64,000 nucleotides of DNA, from the NCBI GenBank assembly GCA_003646415.1, contig QNFS01000001.1, positions 15,068-79,067 of the forward strand, given 5' to 3'. Position 1 is the stretch's first letter, and the number at the start of each line of letters is the position of its first letter. The DNA comes from Gammaproteobacteria bacterium (GTDB lineage Bacteria > Pseudomonadota > Gammaproteobacteria > Pseudomonadales > Halieaceae). The notes below the pieces were generated by a model. The model searched no databases, was not told the origin of the DNA, and worked only from the letters and a program-made list of their open reading frames with translations. Position numbers and translations under genes: made by a program. Below are positions 38,405 through 48,470 of this stretch, piece after piece.

Positions 38405-39712
38405 TCACACTGCTGACAGGCGACCCCGGTAATTGTAAAAGCGCTGCAATATCCGGCAAAGGTCCGCCGCATCACAAGTACCGGCGAGTTCGCGCACCGA
38501 GTGCATGGCGAAAGTGGGCACGCCAATATCCAGTGTCCGCACCCCCGTGGCCCCTGCGGTGATTGGGCCTATAGTGCTGCCACAAGCCATATCGGTGCGT
38601 ACCACAAAGGATTGCACCGGCACGTCCTCGGCTGCCGCCAGCATGCGAAACAGCCCGGTGGTTTCACTGTTGGAGGCATAGCGCTGATTGGCATTAATCT
38701 TGATCACCGGCCCCCGATTCAGCAGCGGCCCGTGATTACTGTCGTGCCGATCCGCATAGTTGGGATGAATGCCATGCGCATTGTCGGCGGAAATCATCAT
38801 AGAGCGGTCGGTAAGCGCCGCATAGGATTGCTCATCCCCCGCCAGGCGCTTGAGTACCGAACTGAGTAAGGGGCCCTGGGCACCGGCGGCTGACAGGCTA
38901 CCGACTTCCTCGTGGTCGTTACAGACTAAAAGAGAGCTGACACCACCATCACCGCTCAACAATGCCTGCAGACCGGTGAAGCAGCTAAGCAGGTTGTCCA
39001 GGCGAGCGGAGGCCAAAAACTCCCGCTTCAGCCCGATCACCGCCGCGGGCTGGGTATCGTAGAATGACAATTCGTAGTCCAACACCTTTTGCACCGCGCA
39101 ATCCGGGTGCTCTTCCAGTAGCCGTGACTTCAGCAACTCGCGAAAATCCAGCTTGTCGCCCTCCCCCGGTTGACACAGCACCGGGAGGATATCCGTCTGG
39201 GGATTAATGCTGCGGTTCTTATTCGCTTCCTTGTCCAGGTGAATGGCCAGGCTGGGGACAGTGGCGATGGCGTCGCGATAGTCGATCAGGGCAGTTCGCA
39301 GCTGCCCGTCTTCACACTGGTAACTGACGCGGCCCGCCAGTGAAAGATCGCGGTCAAACCAGGGATTCAGCAGCGCTCCACCATAGACCTGGACCCCCAG
39401 TTGGAACATCCCCTGCTGCACCTTTTCAGGGGTCGGCTTAACCATCAGGCAGGGGCTGTCGGTGTGAGCCCCCACCATACGCATACCCTCGACCGGGGCG
39501 GATTCACGCCCGACGACAAAGGCCACGATAGAGCTGCCATTGCGCACCACGTAGCATTTGCCTCCGGCTTGCAAATCCCAGCCGGCATCTTCGGCCAGGC
39601 GGGTAAATCCGCCTGCCTCCAACCGTTTTGCCATTTCCGCCACAGCGTGAAATGGTGTGGTTGCCGCAGCCAGAAACTCGCAAAGCTGCTCGTTGAATTT
39701 GTCGTGTTTCAT
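38405..39712 (-). CDS. apeB: M18 family aminopeptidase
   Basis: 435 aa with TPFHAV and [10 protein letters not shown] motifs. Confidence 0.9.
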   Translation of the reverse strand: MKHDKFNEQLCEFLAAATTPFHAVAEMAKRLEAGGFTRLAEDAGWDLQAGGKCYVVRNGSSIVAFVVGRESAPVEGMRMVGAHTDSPCLMVKPTPEKVQQGMFQLGVQVYGGALLNPWFDRDLSLAGRVSYQCEDGQLRTALIDYRDAIATVPSLAIHLDKEANKNRSINPQTDILPVLCQPGEGDKLDFRELLKSRLLEEHPDCAVQKVLDYELSFYDTQPAAVIGLKREFLASARLDNLLSCFTGLQALLSGDGGVSSLLVCNDHEEVGSLSAAGAQGPLLSSVLKRLAGDEQSYAALTDRSMMISADNAHGIHPNYADRHDSNHGPLLNRGPVIKINANQRYASNSETTGLFRMLAAAEDVPVQSFVVRTDMACGSTIGPITAGATGVRTLDIGVPTFAMHSVRELAGTCDAADLCRILQRFYNYRGRLSAV

Positions 39713-39740
39713 AAATACAACCCCTGGGGTGAAAAGCGAC

Positions 39741-40544
39741 TCACACCATCCATAGTAAAAATAGAACAGCCGCCAGCACTATTCGATAATAGACAAAAGG
39801 CATTAGCCCAACACGGTCCAGCAGACGCAGGAATACCGCTATGCATAAGTAGGCGGTTATACCGGACACAGCGGCACCAAGCCCCAGTGTCCACCAGTCC
39901 ACCGCCAGGCCACTGGAACTCAATTCCCATACCTTCAGTGCACCGGCACTGGCGATGATGGGAATAGACAGCAAAAAAGAAAACCGCGCCGACGCCTGGC
40001 GATTCAGACCCAACAGCAGGGCCGCCGTGATTGTCACTCCGGAGCGTGACACGCCCGGCACGGGGGCCATGGCCTGGGCCAGCCCAATCAGCAATGCGAT
40101 AGATAAGGTCAGGGTTTTACCTGTCTTCTCACCCGGCGCGGCGCGATCAGCAATGCCCAACAGGATGCCGAAGAGCAGTGTGGTAGTGGCGATTATGGGC
40201 AAGTTACGTAAGCTGCCCTCTATAAAATCCCCGGCAGCCAGACCTACCACGCCCGCTGGCACGGTGGCCAGTCCCAGGTACCAGACCAGTCTACTGTCCT
40301 GCGTGACACCCCCGCCCGCCAGCGAATGAAACCAGGCATCACCCATCCGCATAAGGTCATCCCGGTAGTAGAGCAACACCGCGGATAGCGTGCCCACATG
40401 CACAGCCACATCAAAAGCCAGCCCCTGATCGGGCCAATCCAGCAGCAGCGACGGGATAACCAGGTGGGCAGAGCTGGATATCGGCAAAAATTCAGTGAGA
40501 CCTTGCAGCAGGGCCAACATCACGGCCTGGCACCAGTCGATCAC
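39741..40544 (-). CDS. uppP: undecaprenyl-diphosphate phosphatase
   Basis: [14 protein letters not shown] and PGVSRSG motifs. I prefer the GTG at 40544 (GTGA overlap with the tsaB stop) over the ATG at 40577. Confidence 0.9.
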   Translation of the reverse strand: MIDWCQAVMLALLQGLTEFLPISSSAHLVIPSLLLDWPDQGLAFDVAVHVGTLSAVLLYYRDDLMRMGDAWFHSLAGGGVTQDSRLVWYLGLATVPAGVVGLAAGDFIEGSLRNLPIIATTTLLFGILLGIADRAAPGEKTGKTLTLSIALLIGLAQAMAPVPGVSRSGVTITAALLLGLNRQASARFSFLLSIPIIASAGALKVWELSSSGLAVDWWTLGLGAAVSGITAYLCIAVFLRLLDRVGLMPFVYYRIVLAAVLFLLWMV

Positions 40545-41248
40545 AATTGTTTCCCCTGCTCCGGCAGTTTCTTCCACGATATTTCCTCGCGGATATAAAC
40601 TGGCTGTACCTGTTGCGGGGATTGAGTATCACCACGTCGCAGTTTCTCCAGCGCCAGGGGAACAAGATCCCGCGCCTCGGGTAGCAGGTGGTTTGCTCCT
40701 GGCTGTAGAATCGCTCTCACCGCCGCCGGAAATTGATCCAGAAAATGACAGCCGCTGCCCACTGCGCACAGAGGCTCTTCCTGAATGGGGGGAATCTCTG
40801 CCGGAGCGCAGACCCAGGGGCCCAGCTGTAAGACCGCCAGACCCTGCTCAAAAGAGTACACTGCGCCGTACACCTCATTTATTCTGGCATCCATGGTACT
40901 GAGCACTGTATCGCCGACATGAACCGCTCCCACACGCAACGCTGTCTGGACCTGACAGGCCAGGCTTGAAACAGCAACCGCCGGCAAGCTATTGGCATAG
41001 GCCAGCCCCTGTACCGCACTGGCGGCGATGCGCAAGCCGGTAAACGAACCGGGGCCACAGCCATAAGCGATAGCCTCAATACCGTGAGCGCGCAGATTCC
41101 CGCTGGGCAACAACTCCTGCAGCATACCGAAAAGGCGCTGGCTATGCTGCCTGGGTATGACCTCATGCCGCTGCCGATACTGTCCATCGACAAATACCGC
41201 GACTGAACAGGCGTCAGTCGCGGTATCGATTGCCAGAATACCTGTCAT
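40541..41248 (-). CDS. tsaB: tRNA threonylcarbamoyladenosine biosynthesis protein TsaB
   Basis: ILAIDTATDACSVAV N-terminus and GPGSFTGLRI motif. Confidence 0.9.
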   Translation of the reverse strand: MTGILAIDTATDACSVAVFVDGQYRQRHEVIPRQHSQRLFGMLQELLPSGNLRAHGIEAIAYGCGPGSFTGLRIAASAVQGLAYANSLPAVAVSSLACQVQTALRVGAVHVGDTVLSTMDARINEVYGAVYSFEQGLAVLQLGPWVCAPAEIPPIQEEPLCAVGSGCHFLDQFPAAVRAILQPGANHLLPEARDLVPLALEKLRRGDTQSPQQVQPVYIREEISWKKLPEQGKQL

Positions 41249-41407
41249 ATACTTCCATTTCCTATAGTGTCAACGAACTTACAGATAGCGCCAGCGATTA
41301 GATAGCGCTGCGCCTGACCACTACAATGGTAAACTTGGATTATCACACAGGCGGCCATCGGTAAGAACTACTGGCGGGCCAAAAACAATTGAATCGGTAA
41401 CAGCAGT

Positions 41408-41980
41408 ATGGCGCCAACAAAAGACATTACGGGGCTGATCCTGGCCGGCGGCGCCGGGCGACGGGTAGATGGGCGCGACAAGGGCCTGATTGACTGGCAC
41501 GGCGAACCTCTGGCTGCACACGTCGCCGAGCGCCTTCGCCCCCAGGTTGGGCGGCTGCTTATAAGCTGCAATCGCAATTTCGAGCAATACAGGAAGATTG
41601 CAGAAACAACGGTAGCTGACTCACGCCGAAGCTTTCAAGGGCCACTGGCAGGACTGGAAGCCGCCGCGCCGTTTATAAGTAGCCAGTTATTGGTGATCGT
41701 TGCCTGCGATACGCCACGACTACCCGATGATCTTGTACAACGATTGCAATCCCACTTGTACAAGAGCGAATATGGCAAGCCCCAGATCAGCTACGCTCAC
41801 GATGGGACGCGGGGGCAATATTTATGCGCCGCCATTGACCGGCAGTGCCTGGGTTCTCTTACCCGCTTTCTCGATGAAGGCCATCGTGCAGTACGGCACT
41901 GGTATCAACAGCACCATTGCGTCGCTGTCGATTTCTCAGATCAGGCAGGGGCATTCAGGAACTACAATCACCTGGATTAG
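41408..41980 (+). CDS. mobA: molybdenum cofactor guanylyltransferase
   Basis: LILAGGAGRR..G.DKGL motif and VACDTP motif. Confidence 0.85.
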   Translation: MAPTKDITGLILAGGAGRRVDGRDKGLIDWHGEPLAAHVAERLRPQVGRLLISCNRNFEQYRKIAETTVADSRRSFQGPLAGLEAAAPFISSQLLVIVACDTPRLPDDLVQRLQSHLYKSEYGKPQISYAHDGTRGQYLCAAIDRQCLGSLTRFLDEGHRAVRHWYQQHHCVAVDFSDQAGAFRNYNHLD

Positions 41981-42062
41981 CAGTCTGCAGTGTGTTCTAA
42001 ACAAGAGCAGAGAATCACTGCCGGCGTCCTGCCTCTCGCGACATACCGTACATCCTGTACAT

Positions 42063-42096
42063 AAAAAACCCGCTGAAATCGCTCTCAGCGGGTTTT
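42063..42096. terminator. bidirectional Rho-independent terminator
   Basis: aaaaaa-cccgctga-aatcgctc-tcagcggg-tttt, between the convergent mobA and the Lys/Ala-rich gene. Confidence 0.8.
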
Positions 42097-42114
42097 AGAC
42101 TTCAGCACCCCGTA

Positions 42115-42954
42115 CTATTTCTTCCTGGCTGCAATCGTTTTTTTGGCTTTTGGCTTCGCTTTGGCCTTAGTTTTAGCTTTGGCCTTAGTTTTAGCTTTGG
42201 GCTTAGTTTTAGCTTTGGGCTTTGGCTTGGCTGCGGGCTTTTTACCCATTGCTTTCTTTGTTCTCGCCTCCAGTTTTTTCGCTGCAGCCCTGGCCCTTGT
42301 CTCGACTTTTCTCTCAACTGCTCGGGCTTTAGCCACTGCCTTACGTTCAGCGCCCTGCAGCTGCCTGGCAAGCTTCTTCTCCAATGCGAGCAGTCTCTTC
42401 TTGTCCGCGGTGGTGCGAGTCTTCACCCACTTCTGCGCGTGCCTGGCCATCGCTTTGGCGTGATCAAGTTCCGTTTTGATTGAAAGTTCAACCTTATGGG
42501 CGGCTACTTTTTCTTTGGCTGCGAGTCGGTTCGCTTTAACTTTCGCACTCTCTGCCAAATCGTTTGCGCGATCGCGAGCTGTAGACACCCGCGCGCGCAA
42601 TGCTTTTATTTTTTCAGCGGACTTTGCAGAGGCTGCCGAGGCCGCTTTGACTGCCCGCTTATTTGCCGCAGTAGCATTTTTAGATGCCTTCTTGCGCGCC
42701 GCCTCTACTTTTTTGCGTGCGGCGGCAAGTGCCTTCTTTTCTGACTCCACAGCACTTTTAAATTTCGCCACTGCCTCCTGCGCCTTGACTACCGCTGGTG
42801 AAGCCGCGGTCTTGGGAACCGCCTTTTTTGCTGCGGGTTTTTTAGCTGCCGCCTTTCGCGTTGCTTTTTTAACAGCTGGTTTACGTTTCGCAGGAGCCTT
42901 TTTGGCTGTAGCGGCGGTTCGTTTTGTAGCTGCTTTTTTCTTAGCGGTTGCCAT
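42115..42954 (-). CDS. Lys/Ala-rich histone H1-like (AlgP-like) basic protein
   Basis: Starts MATAKKKAATKRTAATAKKAPAKRKPAVKK and ends with (KPKAKT/KAKAKT)n. The track ORF start at 43050 is an upstream extension. Confidence 0.65.
   Translation of the reverse strand: MATAKKKAATKRTAATAKKAPAKRKPAVKKATRKAAAKKPAAKKAVPKTAASPAVVKAQEAVAKFKSAVESEKKALAAARKKVEAARKKASKNATAANKRAVKAASAASAKSAEKIKALRARVSTARDRANDLAESAKVKANRLAAKEKVAAHKVELSIKTELDHAKAMARHAQKWVKTRTTADKKRLLALEKKLARQLQGAERKAVAKARAVERKVETRARAAAKKLEARTKKAMGKKPAAKPKPKAKTKPKAKTKAKAKTKAKAKPKAKKTIAARKK
42163..42216. repeat. 18-bp x3 tandem repeat inside the Lys/Ala-rich gene
   Basis: ggccttagttttagcttt / ggccttagttttagcttt / gggcttagttttagcttt, encoding KAKTKA-type units. 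Confidence 0.85.
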
Positions 42955-43225
42955 CGGCACATCTCCACTGTGGTTATAGGGTAACTCACCGGCGAAATTA
43001 ACAATAATTTCATCGGGATACAATAGCATCAAGCATACAAAAACTACCAAATAATCAACATTTAGCTCAGTGTATTACTCAATAAAATGCTGGCGGCACT
43101 ATGTCAGCATTAGGCGACAACAAGAAATATGCTTTAAATAAAGCGGTTGTACACCTTGCTGGATAAAAAAAAGAAAACAATTCGGACAAACTATCCCGAC
43201 AGGCTCATTTTCAATAAATTTATTT

Positions 43226-43268
43226 TTTTAAAAAATTCTTATAAAACAAGTGCGCCAGGCTCGCACTT
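43226..43268 (-). terminator. Rho-independent terminator downstream of adk
   Basis: The minus strand reads aagtgcg-agcctgg-cgcactt followed by gttttataagaatttttt. Confidence 0.6.
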
Positions 43269-43314
43269 AAACAATATCACCCCGGGCAGGCCCCCTTTCA
43301 GCTATACACTTTGT

Positions 43315-43962
43315 TCAGCCACCCAGGGAAGCGAACACTGCGTCACGAATGTCTTCAACGCCACCAACACCTTCTATCCGGTGGTAGCCCGGCGCATCGT
43401 CACCGGACATATTCTGATAGAAATCTATTAACGGACTGGTTTGCGAGTAATAGATTTCCAATCGCTTGCGCACAGTATCTTCCGTGTCATCATCGCGTTG
43501 CACCAGCGGCTCACCAGTGTCATCGTCCACCCCGGCCTGCTGGGGCGGATTGTACTTGATATGGTACACACGACCAGAACCCGGGTGTACACGACGTCCA
43601 CTTAAACGCGCCACGACTTCATTGTCATCCACTGCGATTTCCACCACGTCGTCTATAATAACATCGGCCTCAACCATCGCCTGCGCCTGGGGTATGGTGC
43701 GCGGAAAGCCGTCAAACAGGAAGCCGTTGGCGCAATCGTCCTGTACGATGCGGTCTTTTACCAGGCCGATGATGATCTCATCGGAAACCAACCCGCCGGA
43801 ATCCATCACTTTCTTGGCCTGCAAACCCAACTCGGTTTCGGCCTTCACCGCTGCTCGCAGCATGTCGCCGGTAGATATCTGGGGAATACCGTATTTCTCG
43901 GTGATGAACTGGGCTTGCGTACCTTTGCCAGCGCCCGGGGCACCCAATAGAATCAATCGCAT
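43315..43962 (-). CDS. adk: adenylate kinase
   Basis: [19 protein letters not shown]. 215 aa. Confidence 0.95.
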   Translation of the reverse strand: MRLILLGAPGAGKGTQAQFITEKYGIPQISTGDMLRAAVKAETELGLQAKKVMDSGGLVSDEIIIGLVKDRIVQDDCANGFLFDGFPRTIPQAQAMVEADVIIDDVVEIAVDDNEVVARLSGRRVHPGSGRVYHIKYNPPQQAGVDDDTGEPLVQRDDDTEDTVRKRLEIYYSQTSPLIDFYQNMSGDDAPGYHRIEGVGGVEDIRDAVFASLGG

Positions 43963-44088
43963 GCAGAAATTTCCTCAGTAGTGTTGTCGGCTGGGGAATA
44001 AATCACCGCCGCAGTGCAAATCCAGGATTATCGAAGGGCAGTAACGATACACAGCACATGGATAGGTTACAACCCCCCATCTCAGGCG

Positions 44089-44908
44089 CTATTTCAGGCT
44101 CATATCGACCCGCTTGGCTTGCTTCCATAAGTCATCCAGTTGCTCCTCATCCATGCCTGCCAGAGGTGTATTATCAGCAGCCGCCATCGCCTCCATGTTG
44201 GCGAAACGCTGCTCGAACTTGCCCGAAGCGTTTCTCAGACTCGTCTCGGCGTCCAGCCCAAGATGCCTGGCCAGGTTAACGCAGGTGAACAGTACATCAC
44301 CCATTTCCTCGGCGACTTCACTCTCACTTTGCGTGGCTAAAGCCTGCCGTAATTCGTCGATTTCTTCCTGCAGCTTGTCCAATACAGCTCCGCTATCGGG
44401 CCAATCAAAATTAACCAGCGCCACGCGTTTTTGCAGCTTCTGCGCCCTTGGCAGGGCCGGCAAAGCCACAGGCACATCCGCCAGGATACCCGATTGGTCT
44501 TTGCCATCCCGTTCTAACTGTTTTATCGCCTCCCAGCTTTGCTTGACGTCATCGACTGTGGCACGCCGGGGAACCACACCCTCGATGGCGCCCCCTGCGA
44601 ACACATGAGGGTGGCGCCGAACCAGTTTTTCCACCAATGTCGCCACAATGGTATTAAAAGAAAACAGGCTCTGCTCACTACCCAGTTGCGCATAAAAAAC
44701 AACCTGGAACAAAACATCACCCAACTCTTCGGCCATGTGTGGGTAGTCTTCATGCTCGATGGCCTGGGCCAATTCATAACATTCCTCCAGGGTGGAGGGC
44801 ACAATACTTTTGAAATCCTGGCGTATATCAGGGACAGCCTGTCTGCGGGTCGCGCAGACGCTGCATAACACGCAACAAATCGGCCACTGCATATTGCGCT
44901 TGCTCCAT
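44089..44908 (-). pseudogene. mazG: nucleoside triphosphate pyrophosphohydrolase MazG with an apparent 2-nt deletion frameshift near 44829..44831
   Basis: The ATG at 44908 (after taggagg) encodes MEQAQYAVADLLRVMQRLRDPQTGCP and then TGA at 44828..44830. The rest (DIRQDFKSIVPSTLEECYEL...) continues in another frame. E. coli MazG reads ...MQRLRDPENGCPWDKEQTF..., so one Trp codon is disrupted (ccctgatata versus the expected ccctgggatata). Confidence 0.75.
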
Positions 44909-44917
44909 GCGCCCCTC

Positions 44918-47149
44918 CTATTCTGAAATACGCACCGCCGACACCACATTTTTCAAGCGATTGATACGCTCCAGCAGCTTGGACAATGAACCAAGATTTG
45001 GAACCTCCACTCGCAGGCGCATGGTGGCCGTATGGCGTTTCTTGTTGGTCTGGGTATTGATGGTCAACACATTGAGCCTGGCGTTGGCAAACAGTCCGGT
45101 TATATCACGCAGCAGGCCCTGGCGATCATAGGCCTCGATAGCCACATCGACTTCGTAGTTGTCCATGGGGGCTGCCCCCCACTCCACCTCAATAACGCGC
45201 TCAGGAGCGGACTCCTGCAAATTGACCAATCTGGCGCAATCCGCCCGATGGATGCTCACCCCCCGGCCCTTCGTAATAAAGCCGATAATCGCGTCACCAG
45301 GTAGCGGTTTGCAACAACCTGCCATATGTGACAAAAGGTTGCCCACGCCCCGTACCTGCACCTGATCCCGGTAACTGCCTGCGCCAGCCCTGGACAGGCG
45401 CAGCTCAGGTTCCGGGCGGCTCTCTATTAGGCCCTGAGCTGCATTCAAGACCTGGGTTGAGGACAGATCACCGGCTCCCAACGCGGCATACATATCCTCC
45501 ACAGTATTGAACTGCACTTTTTTGGCGATGCGCTGGTAATCGACACTGGTAAGGGCCAGCCGCTTGAACTCTCTTTCCAGCAAGTGCCTGCCGGCATCAA
45601 TATTGTCCTCACGCGCCTGGCTTTTGAACCAGTGGTGAACCTTGGCACGGGCACGGGAAGTCCTGAGGTACCCCAGGCCCGGATGCAACCAGTCGCGCTT
45701 GGGCAGCCCTTCCTTACTGGTCAGCACCTCAACTCTCTCCACGGTTTTCAGCGAATAGGTGAGGGGGACGATAGAGCCATTAACCTTGGCGCCACGACAG
45801 CGGTGCCCTACTTCTGTATGCACATGATAGGCAAAATCAAGCGGCGTAGCGCCTTGCATTAGATTGACCACGTCGCCCCGGGGGGTAAATACGTAGACCC
45901 GGTCCTGGGCCACATCAAAACTGAACTGCTCCGCCACACTGCGAGCGTCACCGGTTTCCTCATGCCAGTCCAGCACCTGGCGCAACCAGGCTATCTTTTC
46001 CTCATACGTACTGGCTAGCACTTTATCAGAATTGGCTCCCTTGTAGCGCCAGTGGGCACAAACCCCCAGTTCAGCCTCATCGTTCATCTGCTGTGTGCGG
46101 ATCTGTACCTCGAGTATCTTGCCCTCTGGACCAATTACCGCGGTATGCAATGAGCGATAGCCGTTTTCCTTGGGGTTGGCGATATAATCATCGAACTCGT
46201 TGGGAATATTTCGCCACAATCCATGCATCAGCCCCAGAGTCGCATAGCAATCCTTGATCCTGGGTACCAGAATACGTACCGCCCGGATATCGTATACCTG
46301 TGAGAAGCCTACGCCTTTACGCTGCATTTTGCTCCATATGCTATATATGTGCTTGGAGCGGCCAGTGATTTCGAAGTCCAGCCCGGCATCGCGTAGCACG
46401 TGGCTCAGCTCTTCCTCTACACGTGAGATGAAATGATCCCGCTCCAGGCGCTTGCCATCCAGCAGGCCGGCGATCTTGCGGTAGGCATCGGCGTAAATAT
46501 AGCGGAAGGATAAATCCTCCAACTCCCACTTCAGGTGACCTATACCCAGTCTATGCGCCAGGGGGGCGTATACATCGAAAACCTCCTGCCCAATATCATG
46601 GCGGCGCTGCTCATCATTTTTAACTGCCCGGATGGCACAGGTGCGCTCCGCCAATTTGATCAGCGCGACACGTACATCATCCACCAACGCGATCAACATC
46701 TTGCGGATGTTGTCCTTCTGCCCGTGAGCCTGCCCCAGCACCGGGTTATCACCCTGCATTTTGAGGTCGCCAATGGAGGCCATACGCACCACGCCGTCAA
46801 TCAGGTCGGCAACTTCAACCCCGAACTGTGCCACTACCACATCTACCTGTAGTCGTTGCTCGCGCACGGCACGGTATAAAATTCCCGCCAGCAGACAATC
46901 CATGCCTACATGCAGTTCGGCCAAAATTAGTACGATATCGAGACCGGCGATAAAACAATTTGTCTCCCGGGCCCAATCCCCACAATCCCGCCCGGGCACA
47001 TGCAAGGCCTGCTTCGCCAACTCGCAAGCGGCTAACAGGCGTGAGGCATCCGCGGCGTCCAATTCCAGCGGCAACTGCTGTAGCCAGCACTCAAGGTCAA
47101 TATCGCCAGAGGCATTGATATGAGATTGTTCGCGTACCTGCATCATCAC
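44918..47149 (-). CDS. relA: GTP pyrophosphokinase RelA
   Basis: 743 aa with the RelA/SpoT synthetase domain plus TGS and ACT. Located upstream of mazG. Confidence 0.9.
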   Translation of the reverse strand: MMMQVREQSHINASGDIDLECWLQQLPLELDAADASRLLAACELAKQALHVPGRDCGDWARETNCFIAGLDIVLILAELHVGMDCLLAGILYRAVREQRLQVDVVVAQFGVEVADLIDGVVRMASIGDLKMQGDNPVLGQAHGQKDNIRKMLIALVDDVRVALIKLAERTCAIRAVKNDEQRRHDIGQEVFDVYAPLAHRLGIGHLKWELEDLSFRYIYADAYRKIAGLLDGKRLERDHFISRVEEELSHVLRDAGLDFEITGRSKHIYSIWSKMQRKGVGFSQVYDIRAVRILVPRIKDCYATLGLMHGLWRNIPNEFDDYIANPKENGYRSLHTAVIGPEGKILEVQIRTQQMNDEAELGVCAHWRYKGANSDKVLASTYEEKIAWLRQVLDWHEETGDARSVAEQFSFDVAQDRVYVFTPRGDVVNLMQGATPLDFAYHVHTEVGHRCRGAKVNGSIVPLTYSLKTVERVEVLTSKEGLPKRDWLHPGLGYLRTSRARAKVHHWFKSQAREDNIDAGRHLLEREFKRLALTSVDYQRIAKKVQFNTVEDMYAALGAGDLSSTQVLNAAQGLIESRPEPELRLSRAGAGSYRDQVQVRGVGNLLSHMAGCCKPLPGDAIIGFITKGRGVSIHRADCARLVNLQESAPERVIEVEWGAAPMDNYEVDVAIEAYDRQGLLRDITGLFANARLNVLTINTQTNKKRHTATMRLRVEVPNLGSLSKLLERINRLKNVVSAVRISE

Positions 47150-48042
47150 CGACCGTCAAATACACCGGTAGACAAATAGCGGTCCCCGCGGTCACAGATG
47201 ATCGCCACAATAACCGCATTTTCGACCTCACAGGACACGCGCAAGGCGCCGGCGATGGCACCACCGGAGGACACACCACAAAAAATGCCCTCTTCTTGCG
47301 CCAGGCGGCGCATGGTTACCTCCGATTCCTGTTGCGAAATATCCATTATCCGGTCGACCCGCTGCGCCTTATAAATTTTGGGCAGATAGGCCTCGGGCCA
47401 GCGCCGGATACCCGGGATACTGGAACCCTCCAGTGGCTGCAGCCCGATAATTTGAATGGCCGGATTTTGCTGCTTGAGGTAGGTGGAGCATCCCATAATA
47501 GTACCGGTAGTGCCCATGGAGCTGACAAAGTGAGTTAGCGTACCATCGGTCTGGCGCCAAACCTCCGGCCCGGTTCCCACCAAATGGGCCCGGGGGTTGT
47601 CCGGGTTGGCAAACTGGTCCAGCACCCGACCCTTGCCCTGCGCCTGCATTTGTAGCGCCAGATCCCGGGCCCCCTCCATACCCTGCTCCTGGGAGACTTC
47701 CAGCAGCTGCGCACCATAGGCCGACATAGCCTGCTTGCGCTCATCACTCATATGGGAGGGCATAATCAGTATCAGCCGATAACCACGGATGGCTGCGGCC
47801 ATCGCCAAAGCGATTCCGGTGTTGCCACTGGTCGCTTCTATAAGCGTATCTCCAGGCTTGATATCGCCCCGCTCTTCGCCCTGGGCAATCATACTAAGCG
47901 CCGGCCGATCCTTGACCGACCCGGCGGGGTTATTGCCTTCCAGTTTCGCGAGAATGGTGTTGCTGGTACTGCCCGGCAAACGCTGCAGTCGCACCAGTGG
48001 CGTATTGCCGATACAGGCTTCGATTGTCGGATAGTCTGGCAT
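47146..48042 (-). CDS. cysM: cysteine synthase B
   Basis: Near-collinear with E. coli CysM (IGNTPLV, LEGNNPAGSVKDR, TSGNTGIALA, ICDRGDRYLSTGVF). Overlaps the relA start. Confidence 0.9.
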   Translation of the reverse strand: MPDYPTIEACIGNTPLVRLQRLPGSTSNTILAKLEGNNPAGSVKDRPALSMIAQGEERGDIKPGDTLIEATSGNTGIALAMAAAIRGYRLILIMPSHMSDERKQAMSAYGAQLLEVSQEQGMEGARDLALQMQAQGKGRVLDQFANPDNPRAHLVGTGPEVWRQTDGTLTHFVSSMGTTGTIMGCSTYLKQQNPAIQIIGLQPLEGSSIPGIRRWPEAYLPKIYKAQRVDRIMDISQQESEVTMRRLAQEEGIFCGVSSGGAIAGALRVSCEVENAVIVAIICDRGDRYLSTGVFDGR

Positions 48043-48095
48043 AAGTGGCTTACCGCGAACTGGAACTCAGATTATATAGAACTTCCCCGGGACAA

Positions 48096-48470
48096 TCATT
48101 TGGCCAATACTGCAAATGCGATCACATAGTCGAGCTCATCCGCCAGGCTTAACTCCACCCGCGCACCCCCACGCCGCGCCGCCACGTCGCTGGCCCCACC
48201 GCTGAGGCGCACCAATGGCGCGCCATTGTCATCGTGTTCAATCTGGATATCCTGCCAACTCACACCCCGGCCTATGCCGGTGCCAAGCGCCTTGGCAATG
48301 GCTTCCTTGGCGGCGAAGCGCTTGGCCAACAGGCGGTTTGATTGTTGGCTGGCGCGATACTCGGCCTGTTCTGTCTCGGTAAGAATGCGCTGCACGAACC
48401 TGTCGCCCAGGCGGTCCACCACGTCATCAATGCGATCTACCTTCAGGATATCGGTGCCTACCGCGATCAC
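48096..48470 (-). CDS. acpS: holo-[acyl-carrier-protein] synthase
   Basis: [13 protein letters not shown] and FAAKEAIAKALG motifs. GTG start in a GTGA overlap with the recO stop. Confidence 0.9.
   Translation of the reverse strand: MIAVGTDILKVDRIDDVVDRLGDRFVQRILTETEQAEYRASQQSNRLLAKRFAAKEAIAKALGTGIGRGVSWQDIQIEHDDNGAPLVRLSGGASDVAARRGGARVELSLADELDYVIAFAVLAK

Noticed and set aside
38395-38526. The N-terminal 44 aa of the 111-aa track ORF ([18 protein letters not shown]...)
   Set aside because: This part overlaps the 3' end of apeB in another frame and is Cys/Arg-rich noise. Only the portion from the GTG at 38394 shows family similarity.
42143-42979. Several Ala/Phe/Leu-rich plus-strand ORFs (42143..42463, 42476..42979, 42496..42744)
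   Set aside because: They are antisense reading frames of the Lys/Ala-rich gene (GCN/AAR codons read backwards). They are compositional artefacts.
43087-43112. Hairpin aatgctg-N12-cagcatt in the AT-rich region upstream of the Lys/Ala-rich gene as a possible sRNA or terminator
   Set aside because: Short 7-bp A/T-rich stem, no U-tract, and no flanking promoter signal that I could support.
44909-44949. The ORF-track start (ATG at 44949) for a 286-aa MazG
   Set aside because: That start lies inside relA. The first ~40 residues (MWCRRCVFQNRRGAW...CCVLCSVCATRRQAV) look like nothing in MazG, whereas the other frame encodes the canonical N-terminus behind a good RBS. The long ORF is an artefact of the frameshift.
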